In this document: positions 19,460 to 30,200 of the stretch, piece by piece
Position numbering within the stretch: the stretch's first letter is position 1
Layout: each line of letters starts with the position of its first letter
Assembly: GCA_031286045.1 (NCBI GenBank)
Contig: JAITVA010000254.1
Span: forward strand, 1 to 40,421
Direction: 5' to 3'
Source of the DNA: Propionibacteriaceae bacterium
GTDB lineage: Bacteria > Actinomycetota > Actinomycetes > Propionibacteriales > Propionibacteriaceae
DNA length: 40,421 nucleotides
Program-made: the position numbers and the translations under genes
The notes under the pieces: model-generated
What the model was told of the DNA's origin: nothing
What the model saw: only the letters and a program-made list of their open reading frames with translations
Database searches by the model: none

Positions 19460-22400
19460 TCAGTCCCTCCTCGTCCAACCAATGATGTACCCGTCGTCAG
19501 TACGACTGGTGTCGACCCACACCTCGCCGACGTGCAGCGACTCACCCTCGACCCGGTCGATCTGGATCTGCTTGGGCGCGGCCTCCAAGCCGCTGCCGCG
19601 CCGCTTGGCGCAGGCCTCCTTCGCCACCCAGAAACGGGTCATCCACTCGTCAGTGTCGCCCTGAGACCGAGCCAGCTCCCGCTCTTGGTCAGTCAAGGCC
19701 AGACGCCACACCGCCTCATCACGGGGCTCGATCTTCTCGATGTCGATACCCACCGGGACAGTGTCCACCATGGCCACGCCATGGCCGTGACTATGCGCCA
19801 CCGACACCTCGGGGCGGTTGGGGAACTCCTCACCGTCGCGATCACGCACGATCGGTTTGCCGTTCTCGTCGTAGTCGACCGTCACCTCGATCGGATAAAG
19901 ATAGGGGTCACCCTCGTGATGCAGCCAGGAACGAACCGCGTCCTTGAGCGCGACGCGACCGGACAGGAAGTCGATCTGGGCGCCCCGCGTCGCCAACTCG
20001 TCGGCCCGCCCCTTCTCCTTGGCGGACAAGTAGCACAGCACCAGGAAGTAACCAGCCGAGCGAGTGGGATTGTGCGAGTCGTAGTAGTACACCCCCGGAG
20101 CGATCTGTTGGGCCAGAACTGAACGCCAAGGGTGGTTGACCGACTCCCACAAACTGATGTCCATACCGAGACGCTGGTTGACCCAACCCCGGGCGATGGC
20201 CCAGACCAAACCATCGCGCAGATAGATGATGTCGCCGGTGATGAATCGGTCGCCGATCTGACGAATGACACAGTACGACTCGAAGACACCGCTTTGGTCG
20301 AACATGTCCTGGTAGAAACGAACTTCCTTGACCCGCACCGGGAAAGAGACACGGTTCTCGTCCATGTAGAGGTGGAGGAACAAACCGATGCTCTGACCCA
20401 TCTGGTCGAGCAGCGATCCCTTGCCCTGCCTGGGTTCGACGATCGAGTGGAAGCCATGCTCACCGTACAGGGTGTACTCCTTGGCTGACCAGTAGCGGGG
20501 ACGATGGAAGCTGTACTCGACATACTGGTCCGCGGTCGGCATCGGCTCGCGCACCGCTGGTCCGATGTCGCGCCTGGCGTCGGCGACAACATCGGCCTGG
20601 GGCGGCGGTGGCATCTCCTCGGCCAAGGTGACGTCAATGGTGAGGCGACCGGGCACAGTCAACGCCACAGTGAACTCTGATTTCCAAAAGCCCTGAACCG
20701 TTGAGTGGAAGGGCATGGTCACCGCGATGAAATCCATCGCCGTGATCGGACCGAGCTTGACCACCTTCAGCCCAGGGGCTTGGGCCATGGCCACTTCAGC
20801 CATCAACTCCATGCTCATCGTCAACGGGATGACCGAATAGAAGTCTTCTTTCCTGGGCCAGTCGGCTGGTTGATTGACGATGGAGTGATCCAGCACGTAG
20901 GGGTGGTCGTCAAGGCTGAGATCGAGCGGCACCTCAAAAGACGTGCCCGCACGACTGGGCTTGGCTGGCGCCTGAGCACGCGGCGCAGGCGGCATGGAAG
21001 GCGTCGAGGCCGCAGTCAAGGCTGCGTCTGGCGAAGCCGGGACCGCGACGACCGGGGTCTGGTCCGTGACTGTCAAGGACTGCGGCCCCGCAGCAGAAAG
21101 CGGCGCGACCGGAGGCATCGACGTCGTCGTGGCCGGGGCAGGCAGGACCATTGATGGCATTGCGACCACCGGCGGCATCTGCCCTGGAGCCGGCCATGCG
21201 CGGGTGAAGCCACGTGCGGGCAGGCCACGATGGTTGAGTGGAATCTGTGACAGCGGCGGTGGCGCCAGTGGGGTTTTCGGCGCCACCGCCGTGTCGTCCC
21301 CCCCCACGCCAGTTGTGGAGACAGTCCCGCTATCGTCCGTTTGGGCTGCGGACGACGCGACTGGGGACAGTTGTGGGGTGCCCTCACTCGACACCCGGCC
21401 AAGGTCGGGAACTGCGACCGACCTCGTGGCGGCCGACCCGGTCGCCGCAGACTTTCCACCCTCCGCTAGACAGCGATCGGCCGGCGCCAGCACCTCATCC
21501 AAGCTGGCGAGCTCAGTCAGGATCGGCGACCCGTTGGGCAAAAGGTGCAAAGCCTTGAGGTTTTGCAGGGCGCGAGGCATGCCCAGGAAATCAAGATCGG
21601 CCGCGCCTCCCATGACGAACAAAAGGGCATGGACGCGACGCAACTGGTCGACCGCGCTACGCAATGAGCTGATCGCTTGGATCGAGCCGAATTCCCGCCC
21701 GGCCAACGTGTCGTCGATGAAAGACGTCAGCGACCCGACACCCGACTGGATGAAGACGCGCACCCCTTGGTCGTAGAGTGCCTCGATCAACTGTCTAAAG
21801 TACACCGGTTCGGTCAACTGGCCCCCGAACGAGGCGTCAGCCATGACGCCGTCTGACGGGATCTCAGCCAGACTCACCGCCGAGATGACCGGAGCCTTCC
21901 CCCGCCGCACCGGCAACTGGGACATGGCCTTCAACGGCACCTGGACGACATGCTTGAACAAGGGCGTGTGCAAGGCCGTGCCGAAAGGCAAGACTTGACA
22001 GACGACATGATGGGCCTCCAGCGCGCCGATGAGCGGCTTGGTCGACTCACCGACCGCGCAGAACACCCTTTGGCTCGGGCAGTTGTCATTGGTGAGGTAG
22101 ACGTCAGGGAAGTCGGCCAATATCTCAGCTTCGGCGTCATCAGACAACTCGCCGTTGGCGACCACCAAGTGGAACTCAGGAATCAGGCCTTCCAACTCAT
22201 CCATCGGAAGATGGGTCAGGTCGAAAATGACATGGTCGAAGGACTCATCCAGCATTCCAGCCGCCCGCCCGGCGTGCCACTCGCCGATCGAGTGTCCGGC
22301 CAAGTAATCAGCCTTCACCCCGGTCGCTTCCAGGGCCTGATTCACGAGCAGGGAGGTCTTGAAGTGTGCGATGGTGGCGTTCGCAGCGGCGTCACCCGAC

Positions 22401-24187
22401 TCTTCTGGGAACTGCATCCAGGTCAGGCCCAACTCATCGACCAAGGAGTCATGCTCGACACCCGCGCTGGCGTCCCAGCCAGGGAACAGGAAGGCGACCT
22501 TGCCGCCCTGCAGCAGCAGTGGATCCTCGCTGTACCAGATGTCGGAGCGTCCCAGCCAGGGCTTGCCTCGTTTGATGATGTCGATCGCCAGTTTGACGCG
22601 CTGCGGAGTGGGATTGAAGATGACCAGACGACAGGGATCGCCGGGCTGGCCGACGACTGAGCCGAAACGGTTGACGAAATGCTCCAGATCAATCTTGGAC
22701 AGCACATCCTCTCGGGTCGAACCAGCGACCGCGTAGGCCTGAGGCGAGTACTGACGACGACGATCGGATCGGTAACGACCGGCTTGTCGGGCGGGCTCCT
22801 GATACGCGGTCAACACAGCATGTCCGTCGACACCGCCGAAACCGAACGCGTCCACCCCCGCTATCAGGGGCAAGCCACTCGCTTGCCAATCGATCAAGGT
22901 GTCTGGAGGGGTGAAACGTGAGGCGGCCATGGCCTCCAGTGGTTCGGCGCAATGCAGGGTCGGCGGTATCTGACGATGGTGCAGCGCCAAGGCTGTCTTC
23001 ATCAACCCCATCATGCCTGCCGCCGGCATCAGATGACCGATGTTCGACTTGACTGAGCCGACGAAAGCCCTCCGCGCGGCCTTGTCACCGAACACCTTGG
23101 TCAAAGTCTCAATTTCGGTGGCGTCGCCGACCGGGGTGCCGGTGCCATGGGCCTCGATATAGGCGACATCGGCCGGATCGAGCCCAGAGCGTTCCCAGGC
23201 ACGGCGGATGACGGCCGCCTGACCGTCGCTGTCGGTGATCAAGACCGAATGGCCGCCACCATCGGAGCCGATAGCGGTGCTCTTGACCACAGCGTAGATT
23301 CGATCATTGTCAGCAATGGCCCGTTCCAGCGTCTTCACCACCATGAAACCGGCGCCCTGACCGATGAGCAAACCGTCACCCTGGGCCGAGAACGGCGCGA
23401 TCTCGCCACGACGAGACAAGGCGCCCATCATCGTGAAGGCGCCCCAAAAAATGGAGGACTGAGCCGAATGCATGGCGCCCACCAGGATGACATCAGACTC
23501 GCCTGAGACGAGCAGACGACTGGCATGGTCCAAGGCGACAATACCCGAAGCACAGGCGGCGTCCAGAACATAGGCCGGCCCGTGCATGTCGAAGTGATTG
23601 GCCACCCCGGCGGCCACAAGATTCGGCATGGTCGCCGCCGCCGTGTCGCCTTGGAACCGGCCGAACTTCGTCTGGTACTCGGCCTTCACACGGTCAAGAT
23701 CTGACTTCGGCAGATGGGGCAGAGCATGGCGCAACAACGCGGTGAACTCGTCGGCGAAGCGGATGAGTTCAGCCCCGCGCAACTGGGGCAGACCGGCGAA
23801 ATTGCCACGCCCAATGATGACCGAGGCCTTGTCCAGCGACACGTTCTTGGCCAGGATTCCGGCATCGCTCAGCGCCTCCTCGGCCAGAGTGTAGGACAGC
23901 AACTGGTCCGGATCCGCTCCATCGGCCGCCACCGGCAAGATGCCGTAACGCATCGGATCGACGACCCCCGGTGTGATGAAGCCACCACGCCTGCAGTAGA
24001 AACGATCGATCACGTCCGAGTCGGGCTGATCGAAATAGAAGGGCTCAATCACCTCCGGTGGCGCCTCGGTGATGGAATCAACGCCCTGGGCGATGTTGCT
24101 CCAGAACTTGCCCACGGCGTTGGCGCCCGGACAGATCAGTGACATGCCAACAATAGCGATGTCACTCGGTCGAGCTTCTGGAACCAT
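19460..24187 (-). CDS. Type I PKS/FAS subunit B: KS-AT-(Pro/Ala/Met linker)-DH-PPTase
   Basis: KS triad: DAACASG (Cys at nt 23552-23554), EAHGTGT, KSNIGH. AT: FLFPGW and GHSIGE. DH: DDHPYVLDH and LLDQMGQ. Sfp-type PPTase: GIDIE (nt 19736-19750) and FWVAKEACAKRRG. Start probably the ATG at 24187, 8 nt after GGAGG; the ORF track begins at a GTG at 24202. Confidence 0.9.
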   Translation of the reverse strand: MVPEARPSDIAIVGMSLICPGANAVGKFWSNIAQGVDSITEAPPEVIEPFYFDQPDSDVIDRFYCRRGGFITPGVVDPMRYGILPVAADGADPDQLLSYTLAEEALSDAGILAKNVSLDKASVIIGRGNFAGLPQLRGAELIRFADEFTALLRHALPHLPKSDLDRVKAEYQTKFGRFQGDTAAATMPNLVAAGVANHFDMHGPAYVLDAACASGIVALDHASRLLVSGESDVILVGAMHSAQSSIFWGAFTMMGALSRRGEIAPFSAQGDGLLIGQGAGFMVVKTLERAIADNDRIYAVVKSTAIGSDGGGHSVLITDSDGQAAVIRRAWERSGLDPADVAYIEAHGTGTPVGDATEIETLTKVFGDKAARRAFVGSVKSNIGHLMPAAGMMGLMKTALALHHRQIPPTLHCAEPLEAMAASRFTPPDTLIDWQASGLPLIAGVDAFGFGGVDGHAVLTAYQEPARQAGRYRSDRRRQYSPQAYAVAGSTREDVLSKIDLEHFVNRFGSVVGQPGDPCRLVIFNPTPQRVKLAIDIIKRGKPWLGRSDIWYSEDPLLLQGGKVAFLFPGWDASAGVEHDSLVDELGLTWMQFPEESGDAAANATIAHFKTSLLVNQALEATGVKADYLAGHSIGEWHAGRAAGMLDESFDHVIFDLTHLPMDELEGLIPEFHLVVANGELSDDAEAEILADFPDVYLTNDNCPSQRVFCAVGESTKPLIGALEAHHVVCQVLPFGTALHTPLFKHVVQVPLKAMSQLPVRRGKAPVISAVSLAEIPSDGVMADASFGGQLTEPVYFRQLIEALYDQGVRVFIQSGVGSLTSFIDDTLAGREFGSIQAISSLRSAVDQLRRVHALLFVMGGAADLDFLGMPRALQNLKALHLLPNGSPILTELASLDEVLAPADRCLAEGGKSAATGSAATRSVAVPDLGRVSSEGTPQLSPVASSAAQTDDSGTVSTTGVGGDDTAVAPKTPLAPPPLSQIPLNHRGLPARGFTRAWPAPGQMPPVVAMPSMVLPAPATTTSMPPVAPLSAAGPQSLTVTDQTPVVAVPASPDAALTAASTPSMPPAPRAQAPAKPSRAGTSFEVPLDLSLDDHPYVLDHSIVNQPADWPRKEDFYSVIPLTMSMELMAEVAMAQAPGLKVVKLGPITAMDFIAVTMPFHSTVQGFWKSEFTVALTVPGRLTIDVTLAEEMPPPPQADVVADARRDIGPAVREPMPTADQYVEYSFHRPRYWSAKEYTLYGEHGFHSIVEPRQGKGSLLDQMGQSIGLFLHLYMDENRVSFPVRVKEVRFYQDMFDQSGVFESYCVIRQIGDRFITGDIIYLRDGLVWAIARGWVNQRLGMDISLWESVNHPWRSVLAQQIAPGVYYYDSHNPTRSAGYFLVLCYLSAKEKGRADELATRGAQIDFLSGRVALKDAVRSWLHHEGDPYLYPIEVTVDYDENGKPIVRDRDGEEFPNRPEVSVAHSHGHGVAMVDTVPVGIDIEKIEPRDEAVWRLALTDQERELARSQGDTDEWMTRFWVAKEACAKRRGSGLEAAPKQIQIDRVEGESLHVGEVWVDTSRTDDGYIIGWTRRD
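19463..20140 (-). other. PKS-B C-terminal Sfp-type 4'-phosphopantetheinyl transferase domain
   Basis: aa ~1355-1580. FLSGRVALKDAV, GIDIEKIE, FWVAKEACAKRRG. Confidence 0.8.
20168..20941 (-). other. PKS-B PKS-type (double hot-dog) dehydratase domain
   Basis: aa ~1088-1345. LDDHPYVLDHSIVNQP and D-x3-Q (DQMGQ). No FabA-type motif seen. Confidence 0.65.
21593..22510 (-). other. PKS-B acyltransferase-like domain
   Basis: aa ~565-870. Has GHSIGE and ALHTPLF but lacks the GQGSQ motif (FLFPGWDAS instead). Confidence 0.7.
22805..24163 (-). other. PKS-B ketosynthase domain (intact Cys-His-His, so not a CLF)
   Basis: aa ~14-466 in ORF-track numbering; motifs as listed for the CDS. Confidence 0.85.
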
Positions 24188-24219
24188 ACTCATTTCCTCC
24201 ACAGTGTCTATCCCGTTCG

Positions 24220-27200
24220 CTAGTCATTCTCAGCTGTCAAGACAGCGTCGATAAAACCTTGAATGTCGCGTTCTTGACCAGCCAAGGCCATGACCGAGCA
24301 GTCCTCGCCAGTCATGAGCTCATCGACAAAGAACTCTGCCCCTTCCGCCAAGGGCATCAGGCTCAGACCGCGCTTGCCCATCTGCTCGGCCAGAGCCGGC
24401 GAGACCATGCCCGCCCCGCCCCATGGCCCCCAAGCGATGGCGACCGCCTTCACTGCCCGACCCTGACGCTCAAGCAGCCGTGCGGTCTGGTCGAACACCG
24501 AGTTGGCCGCAGCGTAGTCACACTGGCCTCGATTGCCGAAAGCCGACGACATTGACGAGAACAGCACCAAGAGTTTGAGCTCGCCGACCATGTTGGCGAT
24601 GACCGCCAGCGGATCAGTCTTGGTCGTGTACACCCGCTCGAACGACTCCCAGGTCTTGTCCTGAAAAAGCTTGTCTTCCAACACCGCCGCGGCATGGAAC
24701 ACGGCGTCGACATGGCCGAACCGCCTGCGCAACTGGTCGACCAAGCGATGAAGCGCGACCGTGTCGTGGATGTCGAGGCCGACATAGCCGACGTCGGCCC
24801 CACTGGCCCCGATCTGGAGCAGAGCCTCTTCGATGCTCTTGGCCTTCATGATGGCCGCGACGCGCTGCTTGACCGCGCGCGGGTCGGTCATGTGCTCGAC
24901 CTCGATGAGGTGGCGCTGCACCTGGGACGCGTCAGCCAGGTCAGCGTAACGCTGAGCGAGATCGGCATCGCGAGCAGTGCGCCCAACCAGGACGTAGTGG
25001 CAGGGCTGGACCGACGCCACCTGAGCCATCAAAGCCGGCGAGATCCCCTGAGCGCCACCCAGGACGATCACGACTGAGTCGCGGTTCAAATCTCCCAGCG
25101 GCCGTCGGGAACCCTGCGTGCCTTGGACCACTGGGACATCGCGCAGACGCCTGTCACCGTCGTACACCACCTCCGGGTACCTGGCCTCGGTCGCCATCTC
25201 AGCTAGAACCATGTCTGAGAATTCGGGTTCGACGAAGAGGGCCTCGCCAGTGATGGACTTCCATGTCACCTGGGGGTACTCCAGGCGCATCGTTTTGATG
25301 AAGCCTGGAAAACCCTGCAGTGTCGTGATGTTCACGGCCGAGTCATCGCTGCTAGCCGTGTCGTCGAAAACCACCACCTGGCCACAGACCGTCAAATCGA
25401 CGCTCTTCACCAGGTCGAACAACTCGTGCATCGACCATGGATCGGTCGCGGTGCGGATGAAGATCAGCCCATCGATGTCATGGGGCTGGTCACCAGCCTC
25501 AATGACGACGCTGGTCGCCCCCGCTTCAGCCAGCTTCCGGGACACTGCGGCGGCGAACCGTCCAGCGGTGATGGCGAAACGTCGGCCCAGCAAGGAACGA
25601 GTCGGACCACTGAAGGGGTACGACTGCCGCTGCCACACCAGCCGCGTGATCGGAACAGTCGCGGCCGGAATCAGGTGGGCGTCGTCCCCGACGCCCTCAC
25701 GCGCTTTTGGGGAGGCATCACCTGCCCCCTCGTCTGCCGGGCTGGACGAGGCCACTGGCGCGGGCTCGGCCCCGTCGCTGTCAGCGATGTCTTGGGCCAG
25801 TTGCTGGAGCCAGTCGACCATGCCACGCAAGGTCTTGATGGCGGCGAGCTGCTCTAGACCAGACGCCGCGTCGGCGTCGTCAGCCTCGGACTCTGGCATG
25901 TCGATCTTGTTGGACAAGGCCCCCAGTATCTCCAGTCGCTTGATCGAGTCGATACTGAGATCGGCCTCCAGATCCATGTCCATGCCCAACATCTCAGGTG
26001 GATACCCCGTCTTCTCAGCGACCACCTCCAAGATGATGTCCTTGAGTTGATCGGCGCTGAGGTCTTGCACCTTGGGCAACAAACTACTCGAGACAACCCG
26101 TTCCTGAGTCGGCTCAGTCATCGTCGAGTCCAGGGGTGACGGCGTGGACAAGGCGGTGGGTTCAGCCACCAGAGTCGGAACTGGGGCTTGGGCCACAATC
26201 GCCGCAGGGGTCTGGGTCTCGACCGACATGGCGACACTGACTGGCCCAGGCACAGCCACTGGCGTCGTGACTGGCATAGCACCCATGGGCGCCATGGTCA
26301 CCGGCGGCGCCGGGTAAGCCATTGGCGCCATTGGCGCATACCCCCATTGCTCCGCGGGCGACGACGCCGGCCCACCCGGCTGCCCGAGCCCCATTCCGGT
26401 CAGCAGAATATCGCGCTGGTCGTCGAGCATGGCGCGCATGTTGAGCAGGTAGGTGTAGACCAACTGCTCCCGACCGCTGAGTGGCTGCGGAACAGTCACA
26501 TTGACGGGCATGTTTGACCCGGTCGTCTCCGGCTGTGGTGCCATAGGTTTGTCTCCTAACATGGTTTCTTTTTGGTGAGATGGAAAGACGTGTGCCGCAG
26601 GATCGAGATGATGCTCGCCCTGCTCGCGCCAACGTTTGATCGGGACCGCCTGTTGACCGTCCACCATCCATACGGTGGACGAGGCCGCGTACGCGCCGGG
26701 ATCACTCAGGTCCAAGGCCACCGCGTGTCGACCATGGAACAAGTTATCAACCTCGATGTCACGACCGGAGGCGACCCACCGCGCCAGGGCTCTCAAGAAG
26801 GTGCGCATGCCGTCCGCGCCAGACAACTCCGTCGCAATGGTGACGACATCTGCTCCCAAAGTGGCGCTTGCCAGCCCCGTCAGGGTTTTGCCTGGTCCCG
26901 CTTCGATGAAGACCCGGATGCCGTCGTCATACATGGCGCGCAACTCGTCGCTGAAACGAACCGGCTTGACCAGGTGTTCCGCCAGACGTTGGCGAATCTT
27001 CGCCGGGTCAGATGGATACACCGCCGCCGTCGTATTGGACCAGACCGGCATCTGGGGCGTGCCCAAATCGACATCAGCCAACACCTGCGCGAACCCAGCC
27101 TCGGCAGTGGTCAACAAGGGAGTGTGAAAAGCGCAGGCCACGTCGATGCGCTTGGCTTTCACACCTTTGTCACGGCACTGTGCCACCAGCGCCTCGACAG

Positions 27201-30200
27201 CCGCCGTGGCGCCGCCGACACCGACCTGAGTCGGCGAGTTGTAGTTGACCGCCCAGAGATCATCGCGCCCGCGCAGCAGCTCCTCAGTCTCCTCGGCGGG
27301 TTGGACGACCACAGCCATGGCTCCCGGATCAGCTCCGGCGCTCGCCAGGATCGTTCGCGCCCTGGCCTTCGACAGATCCACCAAATCCGAGGGATCGATC
27401 ACACCGGCGTAGACCAAGGCGGGCAGTTCGCCGTAGGAATGGCCAGCCACGGCATCGGGCGTGACACCGAACCATGTCAGCAGTTTCGCGATGGCCGAAT
27501 CGACGACACCCAGCAGCGGTTGCGCGTTGCGCGTGTCGGTCACAGCTGCGCGTTGAGCCTGTTTGGCCTCATCACTGAAGGCGGCGCCAGGCAGGCCGAC
27601 ACGTTCCAGCTCCGGGTGTCGTTCCAGCTCATGACGAAGACCGGGGAACATGACGAACAAGTCACGAGCCATGCCGACACGTTGACTGCCCTGCCCCGAG
27701 AACAGGAAACCAACCTTACCTGCGACCGGATCGCGGTAGTACACACCGGGGGCCTGAGCGCCATCCAAGGCCACAGTGATCTTCGTCAGAAGCTTGCTCC
27801 ATGAACCGGACACGATGGCGATCTGGATCGGCTTGTCCGACGCCTTCGCCAACGTGTAAGCCACATCCTTGAGCGCTATGGTGTGGCTGACTTGGGCCAG
27901 TTCACGCACCTGGCGCAACTGCTCACAAGCCTCCTCACGGGTGTCACCGCGCACCAGGAAGAGCTCGCGGGCCCAACTCGTGGCGCTCGGCGTGTCCGCA
28001 GAGGTCGACTCCGACGGGGTGTAATTCTCGACGATGGCATGGAAATTGGTGCCACCGAAACCAAAACCGGACACGCCCGCGATGCGTCGCTTCTCGGTCC
28101 ACACCGTGGCGTGACCGTTGGCGTTGAAACGGAAGGGCGAGCGCGACTCCTGGTAGGCCTTGACCGGTTTGTTCAAATGCAAGGTCGGCGGAATCACGCC
28201 GTGGCGCACTGCCAGGGCGGCCCGGATCAAGCCGGCGACCCCGGCGGCGCACTTGGTGTGACCAATCTGGGTTTTGACCGACCCGACGAAGGTCTGTCCA
28301 GGCAGGGCCCCGCCGCCGATCATGACCCGCGACAAGGCCTTGAGTTCAGTCGAGTCCCCCACCGCCGTGCCCGTGCCATGGGCCTCGATCAAGCCGACCT
28401 GGCTCGGCAGAACTCCCGCCATCCGATAGGCCCGCTCAATCGCGGTCATCTGTCCGCGCATGTTCGGCGCGGTCAACCCAAGACTGCGCCCGTCCGACGA
28501 GCCCTGGACGCCCCGGATCACAGCATAGACACGATCACCGTCACGTTCGGCGTCACTCAGTCTCTTCAAAATGACAATGCCCACACCCTCGCCCAGAGCC
28601 AGGCCATCACCCGACTCGTCGAAGGTGGCACAGTAGCCACGCGGAGACAAGGCATGGGTGGCCGAGAACATGACATAGTCGAGGATCGAATTATGCAGGT
28701 CGGCTCCACCGCAGATCACCATGTCAGACTGACCCGACCACAGCTCCTGGCACGCGACGTCGACTGCCGCCAAAGATGAGGCGCAAGCCGCGTCGACCGT
28801 GAAATTGCGCCCGCCGCAGTTGAATCGGTTAGCGATCCGCCCGGAGGTCACATTCGACAAGATCCCCGCGAAGGAATCCTCGTCGACCTTGGGCAGGGCC
28901 GTCGCCAGTTCGTCCGGGATCTCGCCGAACAAGGTACGCAGCCCCGTGCGCGAACCATAGGCGCTCGACAGTTCACCCATCGCCTCAGTTCCGATGATGA
29001 CTGAGGTGTCGGGTAGACCCCGCTTGATCTGGTCGGCGTAGCCGGCATCCTGAAGAGCCCGTTTGGCCACCAGCAGACTCAACAGTTGAGCCGGTTCGAC
29101 CGATGAGACCGTCGCCGGTGCGATGCCGAACTCCAGTGGGTCGAACTCGGCTGGTGACAAGAAACCACCCCACTGAGAGACCACGAAGTCAGTGTCGGTG
29201 GTGCCTTTGCGATAGAAGAGGGCGGGATCCCAGCGCTGAGCTGGCACCTCGACGATGGAATCATGACCCGACAGGATGTTGCGCCAATACTCATCGACAT
29301 TGTTAGCGTCGGGGAAGAGGCCTGCCATACCGATGATGGCGATGGGCTCCGGCGACGCGCCCTGGTCGCCATCGGCACGATCGAGCCAACCCCTTTCAAA
29401 GTCGGCAGGCTCGACGACGGCGAGGCGCTCGATCAGATCGGTGGCTCCGGTGGTCACCGCTTCATGAAGCTCGACCATCTGCGAGACATGGTCGGTCAGC
29501 GCCGCCACGTCGCCAGCCATGTACAAGCCCTGCTGACGCTGCTCGTCAGGCGTCAACCGCGTCAACTCCATCTGTCCATCTCCGCGGCCCAAGGCCTTGG
29601 TGGCGACCCTGGCCCGTCCCAGGTTGAGTTCTTCCAGCGCCACTCGCCGCGCCAGGGAATCCATGTCCATTCCAAGGATGCGGGCCTTCTCTTCCTGGAA
29701 GAAGTCGATGAAGGGGGTGGGCAAGGCTCTGGTCTCTTGGCCCGGCGCAGACTCCAACAACACGGTGCGGTCCGCCGCTGTCGCTAACTCTTGGAACAGC
29801 GAAGTGATGGCCCCGGACTCGACTGCCTGTCTGGTCAACAGGTAGGCCGTGCCCATGATGACACCGACCTTGGCCCCGAACGCCGCCAGCGAGGCTGCCA
29901 TGATGGAGACGAAAGCGGATGACAACTCGTCGTGGATGCCACCCGCGAAGATCGCCGTCAACCCCGCTGGATCGTCGGTGGCGAGCAGGTGGATCAACTG
30001 CTTCTCCCACAACACCGTGGAGTACAAGGGGCCGACGTGGCCGCCGGACTCGCGTCCTTCGAAGATGAAGCGGCGGGCCCCAGCAGCGATGTTGTCGTCC
30101 AGCAGTGTGGCGGAGGGCACATGTAGGAACGCCTTGATCCCAGCTTTGTCGAACCGTTTACCCTGAGCTGGACGCCCCCCCGCGATCACCACAGCGGTCG

